From Rheinheimera sp. (lineage in GTDB: Bacteria; Pseudomonadota; Gammaproteobacteria; Enterobacterales; Alteromonadaceae), in NCBI GenBank assembly GCA_003482455.1, contig DMYW01000053.1, positions 7,448-71,447 of the forward strand: a stretch of 64,000 nucleotides of DNA, read 5' to 3'. The position numbers were made by a program, and so were the translations under genes. Below, in pieces: positions 31,500-41,110 of this stretch; position 1 is the stretch's first letter; the number at the start of each line of letters is the position of its first letter. The notes under the pieces were generated by a model. That model was not told the DNA's origin. It did no database searches and saw only the letters and a program-made list of their open reading frames with translations.

Positions 31500-32991
31500 A
31501 ACTAGCCCCCTGTTGCGGTGCGCTAAACAGCTCGATCTGCCCTTGCAAGTTGCTGCGCACGATCCGATGGACAATCGACAAGCCAAGACCATTCGAGCCT
31601 TGGCCCATCCGTGTGGTGTAAAAGGGATCAAACACTTGTTTTTGCGCGTCAAAAGCAATACCAGCGCCAAAGTCCATACAACTTAAATGGATGTGAGTGT
31701 CGTCTTGCCACAAGCGGATGATAATTTGTCCTTCGGTCCCTTCAGCATAGGCGTGCAATCGCACATTACTACACAGACCACTGAGCAGCTGGTGAAATAA
31801 ACCCGGCACCGCCTTGATGTGAATATCCGGTTGCACGGCGGTTTGCCACTGTAAGCCAACGTATTGCTGGTCGAGTTGATAAGCAATCAGTAGTTCATTG
31901 ACGAATTCTGACAAGTTGAACCAACGCACCGATTCATCGGTTTGTTCTTTGGCGAGTAACTTAAAGTTCGAAATTAAATGCGCGGCTTTACCGGCGTTGT
32001 TATGCACGAGCTCGGTGGCTTGCAGCAGTTGTTGCAGTTGCTGCTGGAAACCTGACTTGGTCAAGGTGCCTTGTTGCATGTGCTGATGCAGTTGCTGCAA
32101 TTCACTTTCCAAGCAGGTGACGCTGGTGATGATGATGCCAAGTGGCGTGTTCACTTCGTGCGCCACCCCTGCCACCAGGGCCGCAAGCGAGGCTTGTTTT
32201 TCGGATTGTAATAAGGCGTCTTGTGCTTGGCGCAGTTCACGCATGGCTTGTTCGGTTTGTTCTTTGGCGTGTTGCAATGACGCGTTGGTGTCGCGAATGG
32301 TTTGAATGTCGCCGGCTAACCGCGCTGATAAGCCGACGATACTTAGCGCAACTTCTTCGAATTCATCCTGCAGGCCAGTTAACGGGTTGGCGACTATGCC
32401 GGTTCGATCTGAAATCGCCGCACTTAGCGACACACTGAGTTTTTTCAAAGGCTGCAGCACAATGCGGTTAAAAGCCACATACAAACCTCCCGCCAGCAGC
32501 GACAACAGAATCAACAACTCCAGAAATTGTCGAGCTAATGCATCTAGCAGTAGCTGTTCGATATAACTCTGATTTTCCTGCAACATCAGAGTGCCAACCT
32601 CATTGCTTTGTTGACCTAAGGTCAAGGAGATGGCTTCGGTATAAGGCCCTGTGTTGGATAAAAAGGAACGCAGCAACCAAGATTGTGGCTGCATCGGCGT
32701 CGCATCAAGCAGCAGTTTTGGACCCGAATTGGCTTGCACAAAAATTTGCCGAATCGCCGGGTCGTTTTGATAAGGCGCCAGCAGCAGTTGCAGCGATTCC
32801 GGGTTGTAGTTCCACACGTCAATGGCAATCGCCCGCGCCATAGTCACTTTGAGGCTGTTTAGATGCTGCCGATGTTGCGCCAACAGCTGCTCCGAAGTGC
32901 TCCAGACATAATAACTCGACATCAGCAACTGACAGCTAATGACGATGGCTGCGAGGATCAGCATCAATTTGGCGGACAAACGTAGTGCCAT
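31465..32991 (-). CDS. Sensor histidine kinase (NtrB-like core), no adjacent regulator
   Basis: Two TM helices, HAMP-like region, SEKQASLAALVAGVAHEVNTPLG, FDPFYTT..GSNGLGLSIV. Confidence 0.9.
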   Translation of the reverse strand: MALRLSAKLMLILAAIVISCQLLMSSYYVWSTSEQLLAQHRQHLNSLKVTMARAIAIDVWNYNPESLQLLLAPYQNDPAIRQIFVQANSGPKLLLDATPMQPQSWLLRSFLSNTGPYTEAISLTLGQQSNEVGTLMLQENQSYIEQLLLDALARQFLELLILLSLLAGGLYVAFNRIVLQPLKKLSVSLSAAISDRTGIVANPLTGLQDEFEEVALSIVGLSARLAGDIQTIRDTNASLQHAKEQTEQAMRELRQAQDALLQSEKQASLAALVAGVAHEVNTPLGIIITSVTCLESELQQLHQHMQQGTLTKSGFQQQLQQLLQATELVHNNAGKAAHLISNFKLLAKEQTDESVRWFNLSEFVNELLIAYQLDQQYVGLQWQTAVQPDIHIKAVPGLFHQLLSGLCSNVRLHAYAEGTEGQIIIRLWQDDTHIHLSCMDFGAGIAFDAQKQVFDPFYTTRMGQGSNGLGLSIVHRIVRSNLQGQIELFSAPQQGASFVIHIPRQKPD

Positions 32992-33116
32992 TGAAATCCA
33001 ACAAGTTTTTGCGTATTTGACTAGCTTAGCCAGCTTTGTTGGCTTTGCCATGGTGGATGCAAGTTGGTAAAGAAAAATCAGTAAGATAGATTAAATGACG
33101 TCGATTATGCAGAGAT

Positions 33117-33147
33117 AAAAAAGCCACAGGCGATGCTGTGGCTTTTT
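33117..33147 (-). terminator. Intrinsic terminator after the SSS gene (symmetric)
   Basis: AAAAAAGCCACAG-GCGATG-CTGTGGCTTTTT. Confidence 0.85.
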
Positions 33148-33169
33148 CGTCAACCGCTAAAGGTTTTGC

Positions 33170-34636
33170 TTAATTCAGCGATTCGTGCGCGTGTTCACCG
33201 CGATGCAGTTGATCATGGATGTCGTGGTTATGCTCGATATATTGCGGCATCAACGAACCGATGATCATGCCAAAGAAGCTGGCAATCAAACCGGCAAACT
33301 GCGCTGGGACAAACGGATCTTCAGGACCTAACCAAATCACGCCTTGCCACACCGCCACACCGGCGAAAATCGACAGCAGTGCACCTTGGTTGGTCGCACG
33401 GCGCCAATACACGCCAAACGCCAGCGGGATAAAGGCGCTCACCAAGGTGATTTGATACGCACTTTCGACCATGCCAAAGATGGTAGCTTCGGTGTTCAGT
33501 GCGTACACCATCACGAAACAGGTAAACACCAAAGTGACAATACGCATCGTCAACAGGGTTTGTTTGTCGGTCATTGGTGGCAGCATTGGCTTGAGAATGT
33601 TCTCGGCAAAGGACACAGATGGCGCCAACAAGGTGGCAGAGGCACAGCCTTTGATGGCGGACAACAAGGCACCAAAGAACAGCACTTGCGCAATAAATGG
33701 CATATGTTGCATCACAAACTGCGGCAGGATCAGCTGGCTGTCTTCCGCCATCAGTTGTTTCACCATATCCGGTGCGATGATGGTGGCGGCATAGCCGATA
33801 AACAGTGGTACAAAAGCGAACATAAAGTACAAGGAACCACCCAGCACCGAGCCCCACACTGCGATTTTTTCAGATTTTGCTGATTGCACGCGCTGGAACA
33901 CGTCTTGTTGCGGCATGGAACCTAGCATCATGGTACAGGCCGCTGCCGTGAAGGCGATCAGCTCTTTTAAGTCCATACTTGGCCAGAATTCGAATTTGCC
34001 CGCAGCGGCGGCGTGGTCGATGACAGTGCCGACACCGCCGGCCATTTGCGATACTTCACCGCCGATGTACAACAAGCCCAACACGATCACAATCATCTGT
34101 ACCAAGTCAGTGATAGCAATGGCCCACATTCCGCCAAAGAAGGTGTAGATTAGGATGGTGACAGAACCAATCCACATGCCCATTTCTTGGCTGATGGCAC
34201 CTTGCGACACCACGTTAAACACCAAGCCCAGCGCGGTGATTTGCGCACCGACCCAGCCTAAGTACGACACCACAATCGCCAGCGAAGTTAACACTTCAAC
34301 TTTGCGGCCGTAGCGGCGTTTGTAGAAGTCACCAATGGTCAGCAGTTTCATTCGATACAGCGGTGCTGCGAAGAATAAACCGACCAAAATTAGACATAAA
34401 GCAGAGCCAAACGGGTCTGCAACAATTGATTGCAGATTACCGTCGATAAAGGTTGCCGGGATCCCAAGGACGGCTTCAGAGCCGAACCAAGTTGCAAACA
34501 CAGTTGCGGTGACCATATAAAATGGCAAATGACGGCCGGCGACTGCGAAGTCTGCGGTATTTTTTACCCGCAGGGCAGCCCATAAACCGATCGCAACTGA
34601 GATGACCCAATAGGCGATAACAAACCAAAGTAACAT
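33170..34636 (-). CDS. Sodium:solute symporter (SLC5/choline-transporter-like clade)
   Basis: DFAVAGR, ATWFGSE, YTFFGGMWAIAITD, PQQDVFQRV; many TM helices. Confidence 0.92.
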   Translation of the reverse strand: MLLWFVIAYWVISVAIGLWAALRVKNTADFAVAGRHLPFYMVTATVFATWFGSEAVLGIPATFIDGNLQSIVADPFGSALCLILVGLFFAAPLYRMKLLTIGDFYKRRYGRKVEVLTSLAIVVSYLGWVGAQITALGLVFNVVSQGAISQEMGMWIGSVTILIYTFFGGMWAIAITDLVQMIVIVLGLLYIGGEVSQMAGGVGTVIDHAAAAGKFEFWPSMDLKELIAFTAAACTMMLGSMPQQDVFQRVQSAKSEKIAVWGSVLGGSLYFMFAFVPLFIGYAATIIAPDMVKQLMAEDSQLILPQFVMQHMPFIAQVLFFGALLSAIKGCASATLLAPSVSFAENILKPMLPPMTDKQTLLTMRIVTLVFTCFVMVYALNTEATIFGMVESAYQITLVSAFIPLAFGVYWRRATNQGALLSIFAGVAVWQGVIWLGPEDPFVPAQFAGLIASFFGMIIGSLMPQYIEHNHDIHDQLHRGEHAHESLN

Positions 34637-35188
34637 GATGGCGCGATGTCCTTCTGTGTCAGGTTGATTGAAAACGTCTTTCCGGAAAGGCAGCTGATGG
34701 GCTGCAATTCAGGGTCAATTACACGTCGTGTACAGGTTAAAAAACAGCCTGCCTGTTGCAAACCCGGCCGCACAAAAGATGTGCGATTTTCAGGGGTAAC
34801 AGGTATTGTAAGGTCGTGTTTGTTCTGCGGCAAAGCAATTTGCTACAAATTGCAAAAAAAAATGAAAAACCCGAATGACTGTACGGTTTTATCCAAAGAA
34901 GAATGCAAAACAAAAAACCGTAAAATATTGAATTAAAAGAAATAAAATGTGATTAGTGGTTCAGCGTCAGGCTAGCGTGAAACTATTTCACCAGTGAGAT
35001 GATTTGACCATTTTTCTTCGCTTTTTGCTGCGAAAAGCAAAATGGCGGATCCGCTGACACGCCAATGCCAAACTTTGCGAAAACCACCCCGACTCTGTAC
35101 CAAAGTGTTGTGGCGAAAAAATCGCCATTGCGCGCAAGCTCTATCACCGCAGTTCCAGCGGTTTATTCTGAAAATAAAGGAGCTTTTG

Positions 35189-35896
35189 ATGCAACCCAAG
35201 TTCATGCAACGACTACTGAGCTGCTGCTGCGTCGCACTGATGTTATGCAGTGGCGTCAGCATGGCGGCCTGCCTCGACAACGTGGTGCTGGTCCACGGCA
35301 ACAGTGCCACGCCCAGTAGCTGGAATAACACCTACAACTACCTGCTGAGCCAAGGCTACAGCGCCAGTCAGATATATCGACCGGCCTGGGGCTCGACTAG
35401 CTGCGCGGCTTGCAATGACCACAACGGCAGTGAAGAAACTCCGGTGCGCACTGCGCTGAGTCAAGCGCTTTCAACGTCGTGTACCGGCAAAATTGATGTG
35501 ATTGGTCATTCGATGGGCGCCACATTGGCGGCACAACAAATCAGCAAGCTGGGGATCAGTAATAAAGTCGATAGTTTTGTTGGCGTGGCGGGGGCGTTTC
35601 GGGGCTTGTACAGCTGCGGTATTTATCCAGCGAATGTGTTGACCTCGACCTGCGGCGTCTATGGTTTGGCGGTGGCCAGTCCATTTCTCGATGGCTTGTA
35701 TGGCCAACGCTTTGGCCAGCGGGTTTATTCCATCAAGAGCTACAGCGACCAAATCGTCTGCTCGACTGGTACTTGTTTAGTGTACGGCGTGCACTCCAGC
35801 AGTATCTGGCAAGAAAACGCGTCTTACACCTTTGTGCTGGGGCACTTTGGACTGCAAACCGACACCTATACCACGCAATATCAGTTGATTAAATAA
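35189..35896 (+). CDS. Secreted Lipase_2-type alpha/beta hydrolase, PhaZ7-like
   Basis: Signal peptide; VLVHGN, IDVIGHSMG, AGAFRGLYSC...TCG; AAGGAG RBS before 35189. Confidence 0.8.
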   Translation: MQPKFMQRLLSCCCVALMLCSGVSMAACLDNVVLVHGNSATPSSWNNTYNYLLSQGYSASQIYRPAWGSTSCAACNDHNGSEETPVRTALSQALSTSCTGKIDVIGHSMGATLAAQQISKLGISNKVDSFVGVAGAFRGLYSCGIYPANVLTSTCGVYGLAVASPFLDGLYGQRFGQRVYSIKSYSDQIVCSTGTCLVYGVHSSSIWQENASYTFVLGHFGLQTDTYTTQYQLIK

Positions 35897-35975
35897 CCTG
35901 GGTAGTGCTTAGGTGCACAAAAAGTGCTGACTAAAAAGGAGGGCCTGCGCCCTCCTTGTGGGGAAAGCGCGCCAG

Positions 35976-37535
35976 TTAGCCTGCGACAGGGAACAGGTAC
36001 GAAGCTCCGATGCCAAGTGGTAACCCGAGCGCCCAATAGCCGAGTAAAAACAGCGTCCACAGCACCAAAAAACTCACCGAAAACGGCAGCATCAACGCAA
36101 TCAAGGTGCCGATGCCAGTCGATTTGACATACTTTTGACAAAACACCACGATCAGCGGGAAATACGGCATCAACGGCGTGATGATATTGGTGGACGAATC
36201 ACCAACGCGGTAGGCTGCTTGGGTTAAATCCGGTGATACGCCCAGTTCCATCAGCATGGGCACCATAATGGCACCAATGAGCGCCCATTTAGCGGATGCC
36301 GAGCCGACCAATAGATTCACGGTGGCGGTTAAAAACACGATACCCACCAGCGTGACCCCCAACGGCAATGCCAATTCTTTTAGGGCCATAGCTCCTTTGA
36401 TGGCCAGCAAAGCTCCCAAATTGGACTGACCAAAGGCATAGATAAACTGGGCGCAGAAAAACGCCATCACGATGTAATAGCCCATACCACTCATCGCTTT
36501 GCTCATGCCTTGGATCACATCTTTGTGGGTTTTCACTGTGCCTGCGGTGTAGCCGTACACCACACCCGGAATTAAAAAGCCGACAAAAATCAGTCCCACG
36601 ATCGATTGCATTAACGGAGCGCTGGCGGACGTCAAGGCACCATCAGTGCCGCGCCAGGGCGAATCGCTACCCATACTGCTGGCAATCAGCAATGCGCCTG
36701 ACAGCACAATCGACAGAGTGGCAAAGCGCAAACCGCGGCGTTCGGTTGCGGTCAATGCATCCATACTGGGCAGCTGCGCGGGGTCGCCGTCGACTGGGGT
36801 GTGCCGTAACCGCGGCTCGATCACTTTGTCTGTTAAAAACCAGCCGACCAAGATGATTAGTAAGGCCGATGCGCTGGTAAAAAAGAAATTATTCAACGGG
36901 TTAATCACTAACTCAGCAGCACTTGGGTGCGACGATAAGCGCGCTGACGCTTGCGTTAAACCGGCCAGCATAGGGTCTAGGCTGGATGGCACCAATAGGC
37001 TGGCCGAAAAGCCACCGGACACGCCGGCAAACGCCGCGGCGATCCCGGCCAGTGGATGACGTCCCGCGGCATAAAAAATCACTGCACCCAGCGGGATCAC
37101 CAGCACATAGCCAGCATCAACCGCGACGTGGCTTAAAATGCCGACGGCGATCAGCACCGGTGTTAACAACATTTTTGGGGTGATATTTAAAATCGAGCGC
37201 AAACCGGCGTTGATAAAACCTGTGTGCTCAGCGACGCCTAGACCTAGCATCGCCACCAACACCACGCCCAGCGGCGGGAAGTTCACAAAGGTGGCGACCA
37301 GCTTGCTGAGAAACCCAGTCAAGGCCGAGCCATCCAGTAAATTGACGATTTGAATAGGTTGGTTGGTGCGCGGGTCGATCTCGGTAAACTGTACACCACT
37401 GAGCCACCACGACAGTAACCAGACCGCGAGCATAAATAAGGCAAACAAGATGGCCGGATCCGGCAAGCGGTTGCCGGCGCGCTCGATGGCATTGAGGCTG
37501 CGCTGCAGCCAATTCAAAGACGTTGTGTTTGACAT
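35976..37535 (-). CDS. abgT: AbgT-family transporter
   Basis: IERAGNRLPDP, GRHPLAGIAAAFAGVSGGFSA, SASAKW, YRVGDSSTNIITPLMPY. Confidence 0.93.
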   Translation of the reverse strand: MSNTTSLNWLQRSLNAIERAGNRLPDPAILFALFMLAVWLLSWWLSGVQFTEIDPRTNQPIQIVNLLDGSALTGFLSKLVATFVNFPPLGVVLVAMLGLGVAEHTGFINAGLRSILNITPKMLLTPVLIAVGILSHVAVDAGYVLVIPLGAVIFYAAGRHPLAGIAAAFAGVSGGFSASLLVPSSLDPMLAGLTQASARLSSHPSAAELVINPLNNFFFTSASALLIILVGWFLTDKVIEPRLRHTPVDGDPAQLPSMDALTATERRGLRFATLSIVLSGALLIASSMGSDSPWRGTDGALTSASAPLMQSIVGLIFVGFLIPGVVYGYTAGTVKTHKDVIQGMSKAMSGMGYYIVMAFFCAQFIYAFGQSNLGALLAIKGAMALKELALPLGVTLVGIVFLTATVNLLVGSASAKWALIGAIMVPMLMELGVSPDLTQAAYRVGDSSTNIITPLMPYFPLIVVFCQKYVKSTGIGTLIALMLPFSVSFLVLWTLFLLGYWALGLPLGIGASYLFPVAG

Positions 37536-37735
37536 GCAAACTCCTCATTTTAAAACGCCTCTGTTATATAAATGGATGATTAGAAAGAGCAATCAGGAAA
37601 AGTCTGACAAGTATTCAGCTTTGACCTGATGCGGTAGTTGCCAGCAGAATAGGCTAGGATGAACGAAACGCCGGCTTTTCGCGGCGAGTGATCTGCGCCA
37701 TGGGAAGGACCCTGTGCACTCTCAAAGGATGATTT

Positions 37736-38608
37736 GTGAAAAAACTATTGGTATTACTGCTGTTAATCTTGGTGTACGTCTACGTATCGCAACAAAGTAA
37801 GCATGAAACAACGGCCTTGCTGCCTGCAGATTTGTTACCAATGCGCAGCTGCGTCAAACAGTTACACTGGTATTTGGACGATATAGATCCGCAGTTCTCG
37901 TTGTCCAAAGATGAAGCTCGCCAAGTGATCCAAGCCGCAGCGGCCCATTGGATGGAGCTAGTGCCTGAGTTGCATATTGAAGAGGCACTTGATGGTTTTC
38001 CAATTCGGTTTGTCTATGACGAACGCCAGCAAAAGCAGCTGATGGCCGCACGTTGGGAGCGTAACGCCGAGCAAATGAGTGACTGGCTGAGTCGGCGCAG
38101 TGAGTCGTTGAATGAAGACATCGAAGACTACAATGAGCAACAAGCCGAACTGGCACAGCAGCGGCAAGCGCTCGAACAACAAGCCGCGCAATTAGCTCCA
38201 AACGACCCCAAACGCAACAACCTTGCTGAGCAAGCGCAATCCCTGAACGAGCAAGTCGCCGAACTCAACGAACGATACGAACAGCTGTTGGGGCGGCAAC
38301 AAGACATCGCCAAAGTTGGTGAAGACTATCAAGATTTGTTAGAGGAAGCGCCGGCGGCCGGTGTGATGGAAGTGGGCCAGTATCAACAAGGTGGCGTTGG
38401 CGGCAGCAAGATGACGATTTTTGCCTATCGTGACCAGCCCAGTTTGTATCTGACCTTGTTGCACGAGTTTGGTCACGCCCTGAACGTACCGCATTTAGAT
38501 AATCCAGATGCAGTGATGGCACCGCAGATGTCCCATCAGCAATTGACACAGTCCCAGCCTGAACTGACCGCAGATGATATCGCCGCTTGGCGCGAACAAT
38601 GTGAATAG
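37736..38608 (+). CDS. Matrixin-like zinc metalloprotease with coiled-coil insert
   Basis: HEFGHALNVPH, Met-turn AVMAP, LTADDI; long Q/E-rich helix; N-terminal anchor. Confidence 0.85.
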   Translation: MKKLLVLLLLILVYVYVSQQSKHETTALLPADLLPMRSCVKQLHWYLDDIDPQFSLSKDEARQVIQAAAAHWMELVPELHIEEALDGFPIRFVYDERQQKQLMAARWERNAEQMSDWLSRRSESLNEDIEDYNEQQAELAQQRQALEQQAAQLAPNDPKRNNLAEQAQSLNEQVAELNERYEQLLGRQQDIAKVGEDYQDLLEEAPAAGVMEVGQYQQGGVGGSKMTIFAYRDQPSLYLTLLHEFGHALNVPHLDNPDAVMAPQMSHQQLTQSQPELTADDIAAWREQCE

Positions 38609-38868
38609 AGCGCTGTGTAGCCGTTGGTCAGAAGTGCTCGCGGCTGTGGTAGTGAGCAGGCCATTGCGTTGAGCGGTGAACCTGATTCGCCACTTGATCA
38701 TGGCCGGTTGATGTTGTGGCGAACTGCCGTGGCTGACTTAGCGGCAAGCAAATGCGCTGCGCCGTAGCGTCTATCAATGTGTTTTATCAGCGTTTTGAAA
38801 CGTCACTTAAAATTGCGCCAGCAATCCACACGCTCCCCCTCGCATGGACTGCCGGCGCGGCCCTGTTG

Positions 38869-39366
38869 TTATAACCGGAAATCGCTACCGTCTTTGGCGG
38901 TGTAACACAGCTGACCGCGGCAGCCACGGGCACCACTGCGCATCTCTCCATCGATCAAACTAAACCAGTTTTGACCATCCATTTGCAGCTCAACGTCATC
39001 AACGCCGGCTAAATCGCGCCGACCACGGGCGCCGCTTTTACATAAGCTAATCTCTAGCAAGCGGTCACCTTGTTGGAATAACAAACTATCCGGTGTGTCA
39101 CGACGGCCGCAAAACGCTTTGAATTGCGCTGGGTTTTGCAAGCCGGTGCTTTGACCGTCAGGGAAAAACGCCAGCACATGTTGGTAATACACCACATAAC
39201 AGCTGACTTGTTGATGTGAACCACGCTCCAGCGGCACCAGTTTGTCCAGCACCGCCTTGGAGTAGTCCAGCACTTGGCGCAGATGGGCATTGGTCAACGC
39301 GCTGATGGCGTCGATTTGTTGCTGAATCATCGGGTCAATCCGGAATTGTTGGGCACTGATGGTCAT
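38869..39366 (-). CDS. Stand-alone malate synthase G alpha/beta insertion-domain protein
   Basis: LDKLVPLERGSH..Y..DGQSTGLQNPAQF...LEI...DLAGVDDV...YTAKDGSDFRL resembles the GlcB insertion region; no TIM barrel. Confidence 0.75.
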   Translation of the reverse strand: MTISAQQFRIDPMIQQQIDAISALTNAHLRQVLDYSKAVLDKLVPLERGSHQQVSCYVVYYQHVLAFFPDGQSTGLQNPAQFKAFCGRRDTPDSLLFQQGDRLLEISLCKSGARGRRDLAGVDDVELQMDGQNWFSLIDGEMRSGARGCRGQLCYTAKDGSDFRL

Positions 39367-39454
39367 TTGGCGTTCCTCACACAGGTGTTGCACGCTTTTT
39401 GTCGGGAAGCGGTTGAACCCGATTGCTGTTGTATGAAATTCAGTCTATGTTGTT

Positions 39455-39498
39455 TTTGTGCAAAATTTGACAAATAAAATTACACAATGTGAATTTTA
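39455..39498. promoter_or_regulatory. Tandem imperfect palindromes, candidate operator of the XRE regulator
   Basis: TTTGTGCAAAATTTGACAAA and TAAAATTACACAATGTGAATTTTA in the divergent intergenic region. Confidence 0.5.
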
Positions 39499-39502
39499 CA
39501 AA

Positions 39503-41005
39503 ATGAACCTGAACAAAAGCCTATTACGCCAAAGCCATTTCCTCGGGACCAAAATCAGAAACCTGAGGAAACGCAATAACTTAACCATGGAAGACTTGTC
39601 GACGCGCTGCATTCGGATCAATGCGGAAGCGGCGCCGTCTGTGTCCTATTTGTCGATGATCGAACGCGGCAAACGGGTGCCGTCGCAAGACATGCTGGAA
39701 GTGATCGCCGAAGTATTTCAAAAAGATCTGGCGTATTTCCTTGATGGCGATGACGCGACGGTGGATTTAACGCCGGCCAAAGGCAGTCGCGGTGGTATCC
39801 ACGGCATGCCGCTGGAACCGGGCTTTTTGTTCTCGCCGGACATTTTACAAATTGCCATTCCTGAGTTGTTGTCACAAACCGGCACCGGTGGGCGGCAGTT
39901 TGCGCAGCTGCTGATCCGTGCGCATCAAGAGCATCATCAAAACCATTTCCCCGAGTTAGAGCGCGCCGCCGAAGAAATCGGTCAAAAACAAATGCCGCTG
40001 TCGGTGGATCAGTTATTAGCGCTGGCGAAAAAAGTCGGGCTGAGTATCCGCTGGTTTAGTGAAGTGCCTACAGAGTTACTTGATGAACTGGGCGTGCGCA
40101 GTAAAAACGTCACTACGTCGTATTTTCTACCGCCCGGTACTTTGCATCTGAACCGCGTGCTGGAAATGCACCCGACGCGGCTGAAATACGAGCTGGCGGT
40201 GCATATCGGCCATGCGGTGCTGCATAACAAAGATGGGGTGAAAAGCAGCATGTCGGTCGGCGGCGCGCATGAGCGCTCGGATTCGAGCACGCTTGCCACC
40301 CAAGATATTTTGCATGCCTGGCGCGATTTTGAATCGAGCTTTTTTGCAGGTGCGCTGCTGTGCCCGAAACTGCCGTTTCGCCAGTTGCTGGACCGTCACG
40401 GTTATGAAATTAGCTCGCACCAAGCGGCAGGCGTCTCAGCCTCGGTGGCGATGCGCCGGATGACGGCGGTGTCGCCGTATCAGCATTGGCATTATTTTGA
40501 TGCCTACACGCCGGGTAAGTTAAAAGCTGTGTATCGCGGCAATGGTATTCCGCTGCCGTGGGGCAATATGCGGCAAGTCGAAGATCCGTGCCAGCACTGG
40601 GCGGTGTTTCGGATGTTTGAAGCACAGATGCTGCAGCACAGCGCGCAGTTATCGCTGTTGGATGTGCAAGGCCAGCCGCGGATTTATTGCTGTGAATCAA
40701 CCAAAGTGGTCGATTTAGCCGGTAACCCGCATGTGCTGTGTGCCGGCATTGATTTAAACCCGGCCATTGAAGCGCAAGGCATCGACGCCGATAGCATGGC
40801 GCAGGATTTAAAACAGTTGTGTGTAAGCAAAGGTGGCGCGGCAGAGTTACCAGCGGCAATTAAAGCCAGCCTAACGACGATTTCAAACGTGTTAAATATC
40901 AATTGGGTAGCGCGCAGCCTGCAAAAACCGGCGCAGCTGATTTGCAGTCGTGGCAATAGCTGCCCACGCGAACCGGCTTGCTACGAACAGTGCGTCAGTC
41001 GCTGA
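39503..41005 (+). CDS. XRE-family regulator, DUF3612 / RamB-ScfR-like
   Basis: HFLGTKIRNLRK..SVSYLSMIERGKR HTH; NHFPELERAAE; degenerate IrrE-like FFAGALLCP; C-terminal Cys cluster. Confidence 0.85.
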   Translation: MNLNKSLLRQSHFLGTKIRNLRKRNNLTMEDLSTRCIRINAEAAPSVSYLSMIERGKRVPSQDMLEVIAEVFQKDLAYFLDGDDATVDLTPAKGSRGGIHGMPLEPGFLFSPDILQIAIPELLSQTGTGGRQFAQLLIRAHQEHHQNHFPELERAAEEIGQKQMPLSVDQLLALAKKVGLSIRWFSEVPTELLDELGVRSKNVTTSYFLPPGTLHLNRVLEMHPTRLKYELAVHIGHAVLHNKDGVKSSMSVGGAHERSDSSTLATQDILHAWRDFESSFFAGALLCPKLPFRQLLDRHGYEISSHQAAGVSASVAMRRMTAVSPYQHWHYFDAYTPGKLKAVYRGNGIPLPWGNMRQVEDPCQHWAVFRMFEAQMLQHSAQLSLLDVQGQPRIYCCESTKVVDLAGNPHVLCAGIDLNPAIEAQGIDADSMAQDLKQLCVSKGGAAELPAAIKASLTTISNVLNINWVARSLQKPAQLICSRGNSCPREPACYEQCVSR

Positions 41006-41110
41006 GGCGATTATTTATCAAGGCGCCGTGAACTCTGTTTGGCAATTCAAGGTGGGCTTCGCTAAGCTGGTCAGAAATGCGACAAATGTGGATCGACGAC
41101 TGGAGGCAGG

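Noticed and set aside
38869..39393. Calling this ORF malate synthase or a glcB pseudogene
   Set aside because: No catalytic barrel, yet the frame is intact with an RBS and I saw no flanking glcB remnants
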